Virus record (IMG/VR): IMGVR_UViG_3300008262_000044 | Origin: an uncultured virus (IMG/VR IMGVR_UViG_3300008262_000044) | Lineage: Duplodnaviria; Heunggongvirae; Uroviricota; Caudoviricetes | Strand: one strand, 5' to 3' | DNA: 64,000 nucleotides | In this document: positions 34,713-46,200 of the stretch, piece after piece | How the letters are laid out: the number at the start of each line of letters is the position of its first letter | Position numbering within the stretch: the first letter of the stretch is position 1 | Translations under genes and position numbers: made by a program | The notes under the pieces: generated by a model | Seen by the model: the letters and a program-made list of their open reading frames with translations, nothing else | Told to the model about the DNA's origin: nothing | The model's database searches: none

Positions 34713-37205
34713 TTATCGCATGCCTGCTAATCTTTTGATACTTTCTAATTCAGGAGTAGCATTTTCGATCGATTCTTGTTCGTTCGGAGATTGGGCTGCT
34801 TGTTTGACTGCATCTAAAAGATCTTGCATCTTTAACTTAGGGTTAACTAAAGCTTCAGGAACAATAGTTTGATCAATATATACTAAATCAGCATCGTCAA
34901 AATATACAGGTGCATTTTTATCTAACCCTGCTTCTTTACGCAACCACTTGGTAAGTTTTAGCTGGTCGCCAGTTTTTGCATACCATTTAGCGACGTTCCA
35001 GCCATGTACACTTCCTTCGACAACTGCCGCTTCTTGTTGGTGCATTCCTGATAATTCTTTAATTCGATCTAAATCTGGATTTACCGATGACTGTTGCTGC
35101 GGTGCTAATTTTTCTACTAAACGTCTTGCTAGACTTTCTGCTTGCTCACCAAACTTCTTGCCTACCATAGTACAGACGCCTTCTGGGCCTTTAGGGAATG
35201 TGCCTGACTCTTTGTCATAAAATGAATAAATGAATTGTGCTAATTCGTTTACATTTGATTGTTTTTCTTCTAGTCCTTTTGATGTTTCAACGGATTCGTA
35301 GCGATCGTAATCATCATAGTCGCCGTCATCGGAACCATTTTCTGAAGCTTCTTCTTCAGCTTTTTCTTGTAGATAATTTTGATTATCGCCATCAAGATCA
35401 TTAAAATCAATCTTTATTGATTTGCCATTACCAAACGCTGTGATTTCATTAATTTCAACTTCTGGATATTCTGCAGGAGATCCGCCATGATATCCCCAAG
35501 TAGCAGGTAGATATTCACCGTGAACACTATAATCAATATCAACATTGATATATTCGATACCTTCTACTGGACTTTCTTCACCGTCTTCAATATAATCTGC
35601 GGTTTCTTCTGGAGAAGTAATTGCAGTAATATCTGTATCTCCTAACATAATTTTAGAAATTACAGCCTTACCGTTTTCATCTCTTTCAAAGAAAACTTGT
35701 GTTTTTACTTCTAATTCGTAATCTCCCGAACTAGATGCTTCGGCAGTAATATCTTCACGTTGTCCATATGCTACAGCATCTGCATCTGCTGCATCGTTAG
35801 CATATTGCATTGGATCTTCTACGTCCTCTTCGTCTTGAAAATCGCCAAAGTCTAATTCTTCTAGTATATCTGGAGCATTTTCTTCTAACCAATTTTTAAC
35901 AAGACCCCTGACACAAGTATCGGGGTCTTGTTCTGCTGCCTCTTTAATTTGTGCAAATAGTCTTGGATCTTCGATTATGCCTTCTAAACTTTTAATTGCA
36001 TTTAACCCCTTTTCGCCTGCAGGAAAATGTTGTGTTGTTAGTTCGTTAAGTTCATTGATTGCAATTTTTTTCTCATCTGGATCTTGACTTAAGATTCCAC
36101 TGTCTTCACCAAGATACGCTACCCAACTTTCAAACTTGGCAAACGGATCAAGTAGATTCGAATCAAAATCTTCTTCTATTTCTAGTTCTTCATTACCTGT
36201 CATAGCAACTATGTCGTCATAGCCTATTTTGGACTCTTCCTTCATAAGTCTGTATAAAATTGGAAACACAGACTTAATGTCCTCTTTGAAATTTTTGACA
36301 GTGAATTTTTCTGTAAAATCTTCTATAACATCCTGCGGCACTTCTAATGAATCTTGTAATTGAAAATTTGTTTTAAATTGTTCGTAAAATGCTTGCTTTG
36401 ATAATTTTGAAAGTTCTTCGCGTAGCCTGTTTAATGCATCTGAGCTTTTTTCGTAAATTGAATTTGTATCAGAATTTAAAAGATCGTTTCTTACTACATA
36501 GTTTCCAAAGCCTTTAAGTTGAGCAATTTGCTCACTCATTCCTACAATATGCTTGCCAATTTCATCGTACGGCACTCCGCCGTTAGCCACATGACGTTGC
36601 ATAGCACGAGCACCTGCTAAATGGATGAACGGATATTTAAATCTTTCACCGTCTTGATTTTCAACAAATAATGCTGAAATGTTTCTTGCTCTCGAACCAA
36701 CTTGCTCATCTTGAATAGGTTTACTATGTTTAATGATTAACTTTGTATCCATTAAGTTTTGATAGCTAATTGTTCTCGAGCCATACAGGCTGCTTTCACT
36801 CATAATTGATTCTCCGACGGTCTTTGTTTGATTGTATTGACTTAAAAATGCAAAATCTCTTTGATCTAGATTGTCTTTAGCAACGTCTCTAGTATCAAAG
36901 GTTAGTAATCTACGCTTTGCAAATTGTCTTAATTCTCTTAAAAAATCGTACCATTTTTCTTTTTGTACGATATCCATATTTTCTGTAATACCATTGCTAA
37001 AGTATACTTTCATTGATCTTGGTTCAGCTAAACTAATGCTGACATGACCTAATGCCTGTTCATCAACAATGTAATCAAAATCAAAAAACACAGCTTCTTC
37101 GGGATTAATTGTAATGGCGCCCATACTTTCGCCAAGTTTTAAACCCGTAAAACGGCTGCGAATTTTATAAAATAAATCTGTAGCAATGCTTTTCATTGAG
37201 TCCAT
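34713..37205 (-). CDS. Large acidic late protein, putative virion/head protein
   Basis: 830 aa; TAAATA 4 nt upstream; repeated RIKELSG/IKRLAG motif. Confidence 0.75.
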   Translation of the reverse strand: MDSMKSIATDLFYKIRSRFTGLKLGESMGAITINPEEAVFFDFDYIVDEQALGHVSISLAEPRSMKVYFSNGITENMDIVQKEKWYDFLRELRQFAKRRLLTFDTRDVAKDNLDQRDFAFLSQYNQTKTVGESIMSESSLYGSRTISYQNLMDTKLIIKHSKPIQDEQVGSRARNISALFVENQDGERFKYPFIHLAGARAMQRHVANGGVPYDEIGKHIVGMSEQIAQLKGFGNYVVRNDLLNSDTNSIYEKSSDALNRLREELSKLSKQAFYEQFKTNFQLQDSLEVPQDVIEDFTEKFTVKNFKEDIKSVFPILYRLMKEESKIGYDDIVAMTGNEELEIEEDFDSNLLDPFAKFESWVAYLGEDSGILSQDPDEKKIAINELNELTTQHFPAGEKGLNAIKSLEGIIEDPRLFAQIKEAAEQDPDTCVRGLVKNWLEENAPDILEELDFGDFQDEEDVEDPMQYANDAADADAVAYGQREDITAEASSSGDYELEVKTQVFFERDENGKAVISKIMLGDTDITAITSPEETADYIEDGEESPVEGIEYINVDIDYSVHGEYLPATWGYHGGSPAEYPEVEINEITAFGNGKSIKIDFNDLDGDNQNYLQEKAEEEASENGSDDGDYDDYDRYESVETSKGLEEKQSNVNELAQFIYSFYDKESGTFPKGPEGVCTMVGKKFGEQAESLARRLVEKLAPQQQSSVNPDLDRIKELSGMHQQEAAVVEGSVHGWNVAKWYAKTGDQLKLTKWLRKEAGLDKNAPVYFDDADLVYIDQTIVPEALVNPKLKMQDLLDAVKQAAQSPNEQESIENATPELESIKRLAGMR

Positions 37206-37221
37206 ATTATATTTAGTTAAT

Positions 37222-38811
37222 TTAGAATATGCCCGTGCTCATATAAAATGGCATGGGCATTTGTTCTTCCGAAATTTTTTCAGTCATTTTTTCGTAAATT
37301 TGTGGATCCCAGTCAGCTAAAACTCCGGCCATACGCACACATAATAAAGTTGAAGATACTAAATCGTCGTGTTCTCCGGTTTTAGCGCCAAACCCTACAC
37401 CGTGTGCAACAAACGTTTTTAACTCTGAAATTAGAGGTTTAGAATTTAACTTCATTTGCTGTGTTTCAATCATGTGTTTAAGTTGACTACACGCTGTAAT
37501 TTTTGTTTTGTGTGTGGTATTAAATCCCTTGCGAAACTTGCGTACATGTCCTTTACGCATAGGTTCTGATAAAAACAATCCATGAAAGTTTTCTTCACCA
37601 ATATCTCTAATAACTATTAGAGCAGCTTCGCCCAATGTATTGTTTTCAACACTAAAGTATAGCTGCGGAACTCCGCCTTTTTCCTCACCACGATCGTGAA
37701 TATATTTGCAAATTTCTCTAAGGTGTTTAACCTGTTGCTGAATAGGAGTTAAATTATGGCGCCATTCTGCTACCTGTTCCATGCTGGGCATTTCAAATAC
37801 CTGTATAGCACCATAGTCACCACCAGTTCCTAGGCTAGGATCAAGAGCAACTAGATAGGTAGCATTTGGATTAATATCTTTATACCAACGTGTTTGACCC
37901 ATTGTCATAATAGGATCAACACCTTTCATTTCTGCAAGACGTACTGCGTTGATTAATGTTTCGTCAAAGATTAAGAATTCGCAATCAAATTCTCTACGAA
38001 AACGTTCGTCACCAATTTTTGCACGTTCTACTCTTGCCCAATCGTCATCGCGATCCGGGTGTTCGTTCCAGTGTGCAAAGTAGCTGTAAAAACCATTAGT
38101 TCCTAGCTTTTGTTCATTTCCAAATTCGTCAAACTTTTTGTTAGCTTCTGTCCAAATTAACGCAAACTGATCTTCGTCTGAGTTTGGTGTTGATGTAATA
38201 ATACACTTACCGCCTGTTGACAATGTTGGCGATAGTGCAGTCCAAAACTCTTTAGCTTTTTCAGGAGGTTGTACAAACGCAAACTCATCACAGTAAATTA
38301 ACGAAAGAGATTTACCACGGCCGGTATTTTCTGTAGTTGTTGTTGCTTGTATACGAGCACCGTTATCATATTCAATTGTATTTCTATTATATGAATACAC
38401 ACCAGCACGGATAAAGTCTGGCAAGTTTTCGTAACCATAACGATAACGGTTCATAATGTCCTGCGCACCTTCGTACTTGTGAGCAGCGATCAGTACCTGT
38501 GCTTCTGGGACAAACATTGTATACCATAATAAGTAACCTGTGGCACAGGTTGTTTTACCCATCTGGCGGGGTAGCATAGCAATACACTGCTTGTTATTAT
38601 GATATGCGTCTATTAATCTTTCTTGATATTCGTAGGGTACAAAATCAATAGCACCACGAACAGGATGTTGAATTTTTAAGAAGGTTTTACAGAAGTATAA
38701 TGGACCAGTTATAGGATCCATACATGCTTCTAGATGTTTAATTTCTTCTAGAGTGTAACGCTGAGGTTTGTGGGCCTTTTTGATTAAGACCCCGTCGAGA
38801 CTTTTGCTCAT
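37222..38811 (-). CDS. terL: Terminase large subunit (T4 gp17-like)
   Basis: PRQMGKT, LIYCDEFAF, TSTPN, ALDPSLG, HDDLV motifs. Confidence 0.96.
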   Translation of the reverse strand: MSKSLDGVLIKKAHKPQRYTLEEIKHLEACMDPITGPLYFCKTFLKIQHPVRGAIDFVPYEYQERLIDAYHNNKQCIAMLPRQMGKTTCATGYLLWYTMFVPEAQVLIAAHKYEGAQDIMNRYRYGYENLPDFIRAGVYSYNRNTIEYDNGARIQATTTTENTGRGKSLSLIYCDEFAFVQPPEKAKEFWTALSPTLSTGGKCIITSTPNSDEDQFALIWTEANKKFDEFGNEQKLGTNGFYSYFAHWNEHPDRDDDWARVERAKIGDERFRREFDCEFLIFDETLINAVRLAEMKGVDPIMTMGQTRWYKDINPNATYLVALDPSLGTGGDYGAIQVFEMPSMEQVAEWRHNLTPIQQQVKHLREICKYIHDRGEEKGGVPQLYFSVENNTLGEAALIVIRDIGEENFHGLFLSEPMRKGHVRKFRKGFNTTHKTKITACSQLKHMIETQQMKLNSKPLISELKTFVAHGVGFGAKTGEHDDLVSSTLLCVRMAGVLADWDPQIYEKMTEKISEEQMPMPFYMSTGIF

Positions 38812-38825
38812 GGGGTCAATCCTTA

Positions 38826-39521
38826 TTACTGATTCTTATATTCTTGTAAACGAGCACGTAGATCATTTTTAATAGCTGCTAAAGGATCTTCGCTCTCTGG
38901 CATAGCCATTGGATTATCGCCTTGTTTGTAACTGTGCTTAACCATTGTTTTTTCTTTGTTCATACCACCTGCTAGATGTTTAATGATTCTTAAATGATCA
39001 TCATATTTTTCATCTGGCTCGTTTTCGTATGCTTCATTTTCGTAAGGTGATGGATCTTTTACACGTAGATCTTTTGGATGTTTTGGACCATTCATTCCGC
39101 CACCTGCATTAACTGTAATGTCGTCTATGTCTGCATATTGTTCATTAGGTTGGTTACTATAAGCTTCGCCCTTCTTAAGAGCAATGTCTGGCTGACTATC
39201 ACCGTCGACATCAATATCTAATTTGTTATCATCGGTATCAATGTCATCTAACTCTGCATTATTCATTGCATCCGGTTTATTAATTTGTAGAGGAGCAACC
39301 ATAGCATCTACTTTTGGTCCAGCTACATCTGGATTGACCTTAGAAATTAATTTCATTAGATTTGAAATATTATCCATTCCCTGAGCATTTAAATTTACGC
39401 TCATACTAGGAGGTGGTTCGTTTGCCGGAGGTGTACTTGGCATTGCTGATGGCATTCCGCACTCCTCGCCAACCGGTTTATCTAAATCTGCAATTTTTCT
39501 ATATAATTCATTAAAGTTCAT
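38826..39521 (-). CDS. Low-complexity acidic late protein (scaffold/internal-like)
   Basis: Start MNFNELY with GGGAG RBS; internal duplication. Confidence 0.7.
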   Translation of the reverse strand: MNFNELYRKIADLDKPVGEECGMPSAMPSTPPANEPPPSMSVNLNAQGMDNISNLMKLISKVNPDVAGPKVDAMVAPLQINKPDAMNNAELDDIDTDDNKLDIDVDGDSQPDIALKKGEAYSNQPNEQYADIDDITVNAGGGMNGPKHPKDLRVKDPSPYENEAYENEPDEKYDDHLRIIKHLAGGMNKEKTMVKHSYKQGDNPMAMPESEDPLAAIKNDLRARLQEYKNQ

Positions 39522-39522
39522 A

Positions 39523-40098
39523 TTAACTCCCCACGGCGCTTTTAGCACCGGCTTTATCTTCTTTAGCTTTGGGAGCTGATCCTAGAACATCAGGTTTACC
39601 TTTGTCATGTCCCAATTCTTTTTTACGTGCTTTAGCTGTTTTCTCTAAATCTTTTAAGAATGATTTATTAAAATCATCACCAAAATAATCTTTATGTTTA
39701 ATCTTAGCAACTTCGCTATATGACGGGTCTGTTAACAAAGATTTACCAGATTCATCGCCAGCAACTGTTTGTTCCAATTCTTCAGTAGTGTATCTCACCA
39801 ACACATATTCTTCTTTGATCAAATCACATGATTTAATAATGCTTGCAATTTCTGGAGGTGTAACAGGATATGCTGTTTCAACTTCAAACATCGAAACTTC
39901 TATGTTTTCCAATTGCGGAAAATCAATAGCATTTTTCTGTATTGGAGTTTGAGCTGTTTTATCAAATCGTGTGCATCCAAATTTTTGGAGACGATCTTTA
40001 ACTGTTGACTGAAAGCCCTCGGGCAGCTCACCCGCAACTTTGATCCTAAAGGACCACATTTTTTTGCTTTCAGCTAGATATTCTTTAAAAGTTTTCAT
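39523..40098 (-). CDS. Putative internal head protein
   Basis: N-terminus MKTFKEYLAE resembles the T4 internal-protein capsid-targeting sequence; TAAATA upstream. Confidence 0.7.
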   Translation of the reverse strand: MKTFKEYLAESKKMWSFRIKVAGELPEGFQSTVKDRLQKFGCTRFDKTAQTPIQKNAIDFPQLENIEVSMFEVETAYPVTPPEIASIIKSCDLIKEEYVLVRYTTEELEQTVAGDESGKSLLTDPSYSEVAKIKHKDYFGDDFNKSFLKDLEKTAKARKKELGHDKGKPDVLGSAPKAKEDKAGAKSAVGS

Positions 40099-40106
40099 AC
40101 GTATAT

Positions 40107-40583
40107 TTATTCCTTTTGGCTGAGTTTTTTCATCAGCTCATTTCTATCTGTAATAATAAATCCTTGTCCATTTAATACATCGTTTTCTGAACTTGGCGTA
40201 TCTTTGTCTATTTTGTACTTTTTAAGCTGTAAATCAATAGCTTTTAATTTCTTTTCAACTTTATTAGATTTAGCAGTAATTGCGTGTCCTAACATACTAC
40301 TAGCAACTTCAAAAATTCTACTAGCATATCGCACTTCTACATTCATGCCCAAATCCATTAAATCATCATATGCTTGTTCAGCTTTTTGAGCTAGATCGTC
40401 TAATTCTTTTTCATCAAGATTTTCTAATTCTTTAATTTCAGGTAATGATTTGGTTATTTCTTCAACTTCTTTATAGCTACGATCTAAATCTTTTACCTGC
40501 TCGTGTTCGGCAGGTACTGATGAAACATATTTTTCATCTTTTTTTTCAGGTAAGTTAAAAAGGTCTTCAAGTTTTTTAGTCAT
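40107..40583 (-). CDS. Putative terminase small subunit (T4 gp16-like)
   Basis: Helical; RIFEVASSML...TDRNELMKKL pattern; near TerL. Confidence 0.55.
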   Translation of the reverse strand: MTKKLEDLFNLPEKKDEKYVSSVPAEHEQVKDLDRSYKEVEEITKSLPEIKELENLDEKELDDLAQKAEQAYDDLMDLGMNVEVRYASRIFEVASSMLGHAITAKSNKVEKKLKAIDLQLKKYKIDKDTPSSENDVLNGQGFIITDRNELMKKLSQKE

Positions 40584-40591
40584 ATCAATAC

Positions 40592-41035
40592 TTATCTACG
40601 TTTTTTACCCTGATGGAAAATATCGCCTTCGTTTACTACTCTAAACTTGATACCTTTTTGTTTACACCAAGCAACGGCAGCTTCCCACTTGGCTAAGTTT
40701 TTAACATATTGCGCTTGATTATATTGACTCTTACCAGTGTGTTCTCTTAGTGTTTGACTCTGGGGTTTTACTTCTACCACTTCTGCATGTTTTTTTCCAC
40801 TTTTATCAGTATACTGAACAAAAAAATCCGGAACATATATTGTATATTTTCCAGTTAATGGATCTCTATAAGGTATTTGTATACTTTCACTAGCCCAATG
40901 TTCAACTCCGGGATGTTCATCTAACATTTTCATAAAAACAAATTCCCAACTACTACGAGCTAGCGGAGTTTTCTTCCCGATGTATTTGTCGGGATTTTTC
41001 ATTTCAAATTTACCTTGAGCAAATCTTGACGACAT
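40592..41035 (-). CDS. Head completion nuclease (T4 gp4-like, TnsA-type)
   Basis: KYIG, RSSWE, WASE, IPY, YVPDF, EVKP motifs. Confidence 0.88.
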   Translation of the reverse strand: MSSRFAQGKFEMKNPDKYIGKKTPLARSSWEFVFMKMLDEHPGVEHWASESIQIPYRDPLTGKYTIYVPDFFVQYTDKSGKKHAEVVEVKPQSQTLREHTGKSQYNQAQYVKNLAKWEAAVAWCKQKGIKFRVVNEGDIFHQGKKRR

Positions 41036-41036
41036 A

Positions 41037-41405
41037 TTATGGTATTATATTTCTATTAACAGAGTCGTTAGTTACTTTTACTGCTCTATAACCTAGAGTG
41101 GATGTTGCTGGTCTATTATTATTAATAATTTCTGCAACAATTGAACTTAACTGAAGATTGTTCAATCCTTTTAATGTATCTAATATTTCAAATACATTTA
41201 CATTATCAATCTTAGCCTGTTTTAAAAGAACAGCCGATGTTAACGCGGCGGCATCGATATCAAATCCTTTTTCTTCAAAAAATGCCTGCGCTGCTCCAAC
41301 TTCGTTGGCATTGAATTCTAAAGGTGCTCTTCCATAACTATCAAAAAATAATTTTGTTGCTTGACCAGTATCTGTATATTGTCTTGGTGGTAAATTAGTT
41401 GGCAT
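41037..41405 (-). CDS. Hypothetical structural-module protein
   Basis: 122 aa in the tail/head operon. Confidence 0.7.
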   Translation of the reverse strand: MPTNLPPRQYTDTGQATKLFFDSYGRAPLEFNANEVGAAQAFFEEKGFDIDAAALTSAVLLKQAKIDNVNVFEILDTLKGLNNLQLSSIVAEIINNNRPATSTLGYRAVKVTNDSVNRNIIP

Positions 41406-41406
41406 A

Positions 41407-42534
41407 TTATTCTCCTGATGGTGATGTCACAGGAGCTCCGGTAAATGCAGCAGTTGCAATGGTTCTTGGCGATGCTACTCCGTCGTTATTTGATGGACTG
41501 GTTCCGGCATTTTTAGGAAATACTGTTCCAACAATACCTCCTACGGTATTAACGGCAGCATCAAATCCTCCGGGTGATGATAAAATATTTGCAAATTCTG
41601 CTGCTAAACCTTCTTTAGTCAAATTACTTAGATTTTTTGCAGTATTAATTGCGGCAATAGCGGTATTTAAAAATCCGCCTTTTTTAGTAAAAATATTGCC
41701 TTTTGATACATCTCCAAATACTGATTCCATTCCTGATAAAACTCCGCCATCGCCAAACAAATTACTGACGCCACCGCCAGCAACACTTAACGGACTAGGT
41801 ACCAAGTCATAGTATGCACCTTTGGCAAAACCATCTGGAACATCTTGAAATACTTGACCAGAACTATATTGAACAGCTTCATATGAAAGAGTCATTTGAC
41901 TTTCTGCAGTTCCACTTTCTGCATAGGAAAGATTGCCGTGCGACCAATTTGTAATTCTTGGATTAATTAATGTATATCCGTTGTATCTTCGACGACTCAT
42001 TGTATAAATTGAAATACTATTAAAAAAGGGAGAAAAATATCGATTATCCATTCCATAATTATAATTCTCCATGTCTTGAGCAGCAGGACGATAATGATCA
42101 GTGGTATATGCAGCAGTCGGTGCTAATCTATCAGCAATATGGGTTCCGTAATATAATGCCCACATAGCATTAACAACACCAGTATTATCATCGTGAAGAG
42201 TAATAGTTATAGGTTCATAGTTAATTTGTTTATATAAAATCTTTTTTCTATTATATTGATTTTTAATAACTTGATCAAAAGCATATTTTGGTAAATCTGC
42301 AGTTTTTACTAATAGACCTACTTCTCCGCTGTGTCTTTCATTAAATGAGGTCGCGCCAACTGCTTCATTACTAATATTAAATTGCACAAAGAACATGAAT
42401 TTTGTTCTTGGCGCCAATGCATAGTTATTATCAACAAAGATTCGAGTAGCATGCCTCCAGTTGGCCATGTTGCCTTTTGGATTTGTTGCTCCGTTAACAA
42501 TACCATTTAAGAAACGTGTGAATTTATTTGCCAT
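41407..42534 (-). CDS. Tail-tube-like / baseplate-tube junction protein
   Basis: Tube-fold pattern DLPKY...YEPITITLHDD...MTLSYE; adjacent to the tube gene. Confidence 0.65.
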   Translation of the reverse strand: MANKFTRFLNGIVNGATNPKGNMANWRHATRIFVDNNYALAPRTKFMFFVQFNISNEAVGATSFNERHSGEVGLLVKTADLPKYAFDQVIKNQYNRKKILYKQINYEPITITLHDDNTGVVNAMWALYYGTHIADRLAPTAAYTTDHYRPAAQDMENYNYGMDNRYFSPFFNSISIYTMSRRRYNGYTLINPRITNWSHGNLSYAESGTAESQMTLSYEAVQYSSGQVFQDVPDGFAKGAYYDLVPSPLSVAGGGVSNLFGDGGVLSGMESVFGDVSKGNIFTKKGGFLNTAIAAINTAKNLSNLTKEGLAAEFANILSSPGGFDAAVNTVGGIVGTVFPKNAGTSPSNNDGVASPRTIATAAFTGAPVTSPSGE

Positions 42535-42551
42535 ACATTTATTTATTGAAT

Positions 42552-42582
42552 AAAAAAGCCCAGAAGTTGCTCTGGGCTTTTT
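42552..42582 (-). terminator. Rho-independent terminator (bidirectional) after tail tube
   Basis: AAAAAAGCCCAGA-AGTTGC-TCTGGGCTTTTT. Confidence 0.85.
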
Positions 42583-42601
42583 ATTATTGCTACAGTCTTA
42601 A

Positions 42602-43255
42602 TTAACCAACTGTTGCTGAACCACCGCCAGTACTTCCAGCGCCAGCAGCAACACGCTGACCAATTGCACGACCAATACCGTCGATCTGACCGCCTTTGTA
42701 TTGTACGGCATTATCAAATCTAATAGTTAATGCTACTGTTGCAGGTTCGTTAGTTCCGTAATTCATCTCGCCGTAATCTGCGTTTTGAATAAAGCAACCG
42801 TATACTTCAAAAGTTTCTAAAGTAGTTGGAGCACTTGCACCATTGCCGCCATCTAAGATTTCAATCTTAGTTGTAAACTTATAGTCAATACCAGAACGTG
42901 CTGCGGCTTGCTCCATAAAGTCAAATTGTTTCTGAATTTGCTCGCCAACTAGACGTTGAACGTTGCCACTAGCATCATCTCTTAAAGTTAATGTCATTGT
43001 TTCCCAAGTATACTTTCCTGCTAGATAAACTTTAGAATTGTATACAGGAATTTCCATTTCTTCAAAACTAACTTTTGGTCTGGTAATGTCCATTACCTGC
43101 TTGGTCAGTTCTGTTGAAATAGAACCAGTTGCACCAAATCCTTGTAGTATCACTCTAAAGCGATACTTGAGTTTTGGCATTAACAGACCTTGCGTAGAGC
43201 TAGATTGATTACTAGCTAACGGTACTGTGTATTTGTTTAATGAGGTAATTGCCAT
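42602..43255 (-). CDS. Tail tube protein
   Basis: RFRV, LAGKYTWETMTLTLRDD, YGCF, LTIRFD; follows the sheath gene. Confidence 0.88.
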   Translation of the reverse strand: MAITSLNKYTVPLASNQSSSTQGLLMPKLKYRFRVILQGFGATGSISTELTKQVMDITRPKVSFEEMEIPVYNSKVYLAGKYTWETMTLTLRDDASGNVQRLVGEQIQKQFDFMEQAAARSGIDYKFTTKIEILDGGNGASAPTTLETFEVYGCFIQNADYGEMNYGTNEPATVALTIRFDNAVQYKGGQIDGIGRAIGQRVAAGAGSTGGGSATVG

Positions 43256-43258
43256 TTA

Positions 43259-46200
43259 TTAAATCTCCCCTGTATTTTTGATACGTAATGGAATGTAGAT
43301 AAACTCAATGGCCTTCACTGGTTCGATTGCAATATCTACATAAAGCTCATTTCTATCAATTCTAGTTGGAGTGTTATTAGATTCATCACACACAACTGCG
43401 AAGTCATAGATTGCTCTTAAACCTACTAGTTCAAGTAATAGACTGTCACATGCTTGTTTGATTTCATCACGAGTAATTTTATCGTTTGGTTCAAACACGT
43501 ACGGGCGAGCCAATTTACTTAATTGACTACGTAGGTAAACTACTAAACGTGCTACATTAATTCTATCTAATGCACTTGCATTTCTTGCACGAGTTTTTTG
43601 ACCATATGCAACATGCCCAACGCCGTTAAAGAACGCGATTGGATTTACTTTAATATCATATAATGTATCTCGCTGTCCTTCGTTTAATGCTACTTGTTGG
43701 AATTCTCCAGTTGATCTATCAATATAACCAACTGCTGTTGCATTTGTAATACCGCCACGTCTTGTACCAGCTGGTGCAAACCATGGATAACTTACTTGAT
43801 CACTTAAAGCAATTGTACGTAACATCATGTGACTTGCTGGTACCACTGCGTTCACACCGCTTAGATCTGTAGTGAATCCGTTTGGATACCAAACTGCACT
43901 GTATTCATCGTAGCTTACTAGTCCCTTATCACCGTTGTCTAATGCACCGTTAGCATTAGTTCCCCAGTTGGTTAAACTAGTTGAATCTGCTGTTAGTCTT
44001 AGTGGACTATCCCCAAGAACAAATGATGTTACACCGCGATCAAGATTTAAATTAACTAGATTGCTTAATAGCTCAGGATACCCCGGACAAGCAATTAAAT
44101 TAAAGTTACGACGCTCTTCGTCGCGAATTTCTTGACTTGTATCGACAGCAGCTTTAAGTGCCTGTACAACTACTTGACGCTGAGCAATGCGTCCAAAAGT
44201 TCCACTACCGTCTTCTTGATTACCACTTGCAGTTACCCAACGATCAGTTGCGTAAGCAGCCATAGATTGACCTAGATAACGTGTGTTGTCTTTAGTTGTA
44301 TCGATATAATTATTTCTGTATTTTTTAACGTTGCCACTGCTACGTCTTGTGTTGTATAACAAAATACTTCTTGGATAGTTTGCTGGATCTGGAGCATCTG
44401 GATCAACAAAATCATTTGTTAACAATGTCACAATACTTGCTGCTACGTTTCCTGTAGCACCGCTTGAACCGTAACGTGCATCAGCAAACACAACACCCTC
44501 TTCTGATTGATCATCAGTTTTATCTACTAATACCCATTCCTTAGTATTATTATTATATCTGTAGATAGTTGGGAAGTTTTCAGCATCTGCTGTACTAATC
44601 CATAAATCATTGTCTACTAATGCAGTGCCGTCACTTTGTGTTGTTGGTTTTGAAGCTGCAACAATTGGACCTGCTGGGTCAGTATTTGGAAATACTGTTT
44701 TGTAACCTTTCCATGATGTACCGTTATGTGTCATAATGTCTACATCGCTGAAACTAGGATTAAACCATAGTTGTCCGTCAGCTGGCTCGTTTAACGGCGC
44801 AGATCTCTTAGATTTAAAATCATTCGATGCGTTAAACAATGGTAACCAGTTACTTGCTAAGAAAGTACCACCGGTACCAATACCAACTAAAGAATATAAA
44901 TTAGCTGTACCTGTTAATGCCGATTGGTTAAATGCTGTAAAGATTTTACCCAATGGAACATTCGTTCCGTCGGTGAATCTAATATCTCCACCTGTTTTGT
45001 GGACAATTACAACTTCATTTGCACTGGTTACACTTGCTTCAACCTGTGTTAATCCTAAAGCATTAATTGCAGTAGCGATTCTGTCAGAATCAGAAGCACC
45101 CGCGGTTGCTGTAAATGTTACAGTTTTTGCTGTGTCAAGAGCTAACTGACCTTTTACCATTTCTCGAATAGTAAAAGTATTTGTTCCAGCTATAAATGTA
45201 TTTGCTGCAACAGGAGCAGATACTACTCTAGTTTGTCCAGCAACTTTTCTTTTCCATACACGGAAAGTTGCTGTCTGTGGAGTGTTATCGTATCCAAAAT
45301 CTTCTGTTGAATTATATTGAATAAATGCTGTATCGACCGGAATATTTGTGCCACCGCCTGTTCTATCTAAATTAAAAATAGCTGCATGTGTTGTTGCATA
45401 TAATGGAGATTCTTTAGCAGTCCATAGACTTGTACCGCTGCTCCATTGTTTTAATCTCCAACGAGATCCAATATTTGGTTCTGTTGTTTTGATCCATACA
45501 CTACCGCTTGGTCGTGGATTTGTGTCGTCTGATCTAAATTCAGGAACCTGTGTATGTGGACTCATTTGTAACTGTGGACCGTAGTAGGTACCAGCAGTAA
45601 GTCCAACGTCTGTTAAGATTGTTCCAGAATTTCCGCCGCCACTGGCAATAATAATTGCATTTGATCTAGCAGAATCGCCAACATTATCGTCGTTAGTAGC
45701 ATCTGTGTATAGATATACTCTATCAAAGCTTTTTGCTGCGGTTACGCCGTTGATGTTAAGTGCATTAATTGCTGTTACTAAAGATGTTGCATCAGTGCCA
45801 GTAGCTGTTACAGTTACACCGTTAATTAAAAATGTTTGTCCAGCTGTAATTGATGGGCTTGTTACTGTACTTTTTACTGTAGCATGACTAGCAGCCCATG
45901 CAGTAGAACCAACTAGTACCCAAGCATCGCCACCTAATAAAGTGGTATCTCTCTTATAAAAAATCTTTACAGATTCTTTATCAACAGTGTAGGTCTCATT
46001 CATTTCTGCAACTACAGCATAGTCGCCCGGAACTCCAACACTTGATTTTGGAGCACGACCATATGAACCACTATTTTCAAGATTAACGTTATCATCTGAT
46101 GTTAACACAATTGGAGTCTTTGATGCAAATTTCTGACCGCCTGTTGTGCTGGCTGCGTTTCCATTCCATTCAAAAATACCCCATGCGGTGTTGGCAGTAT

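Noticed and set aside
9940..38811. Inteins or introns in helicase, UvsW, UvsX or terminase
   Set aside because: Lengths are ordinary and motifs are contiguous; no splice-junction signatures were seen.
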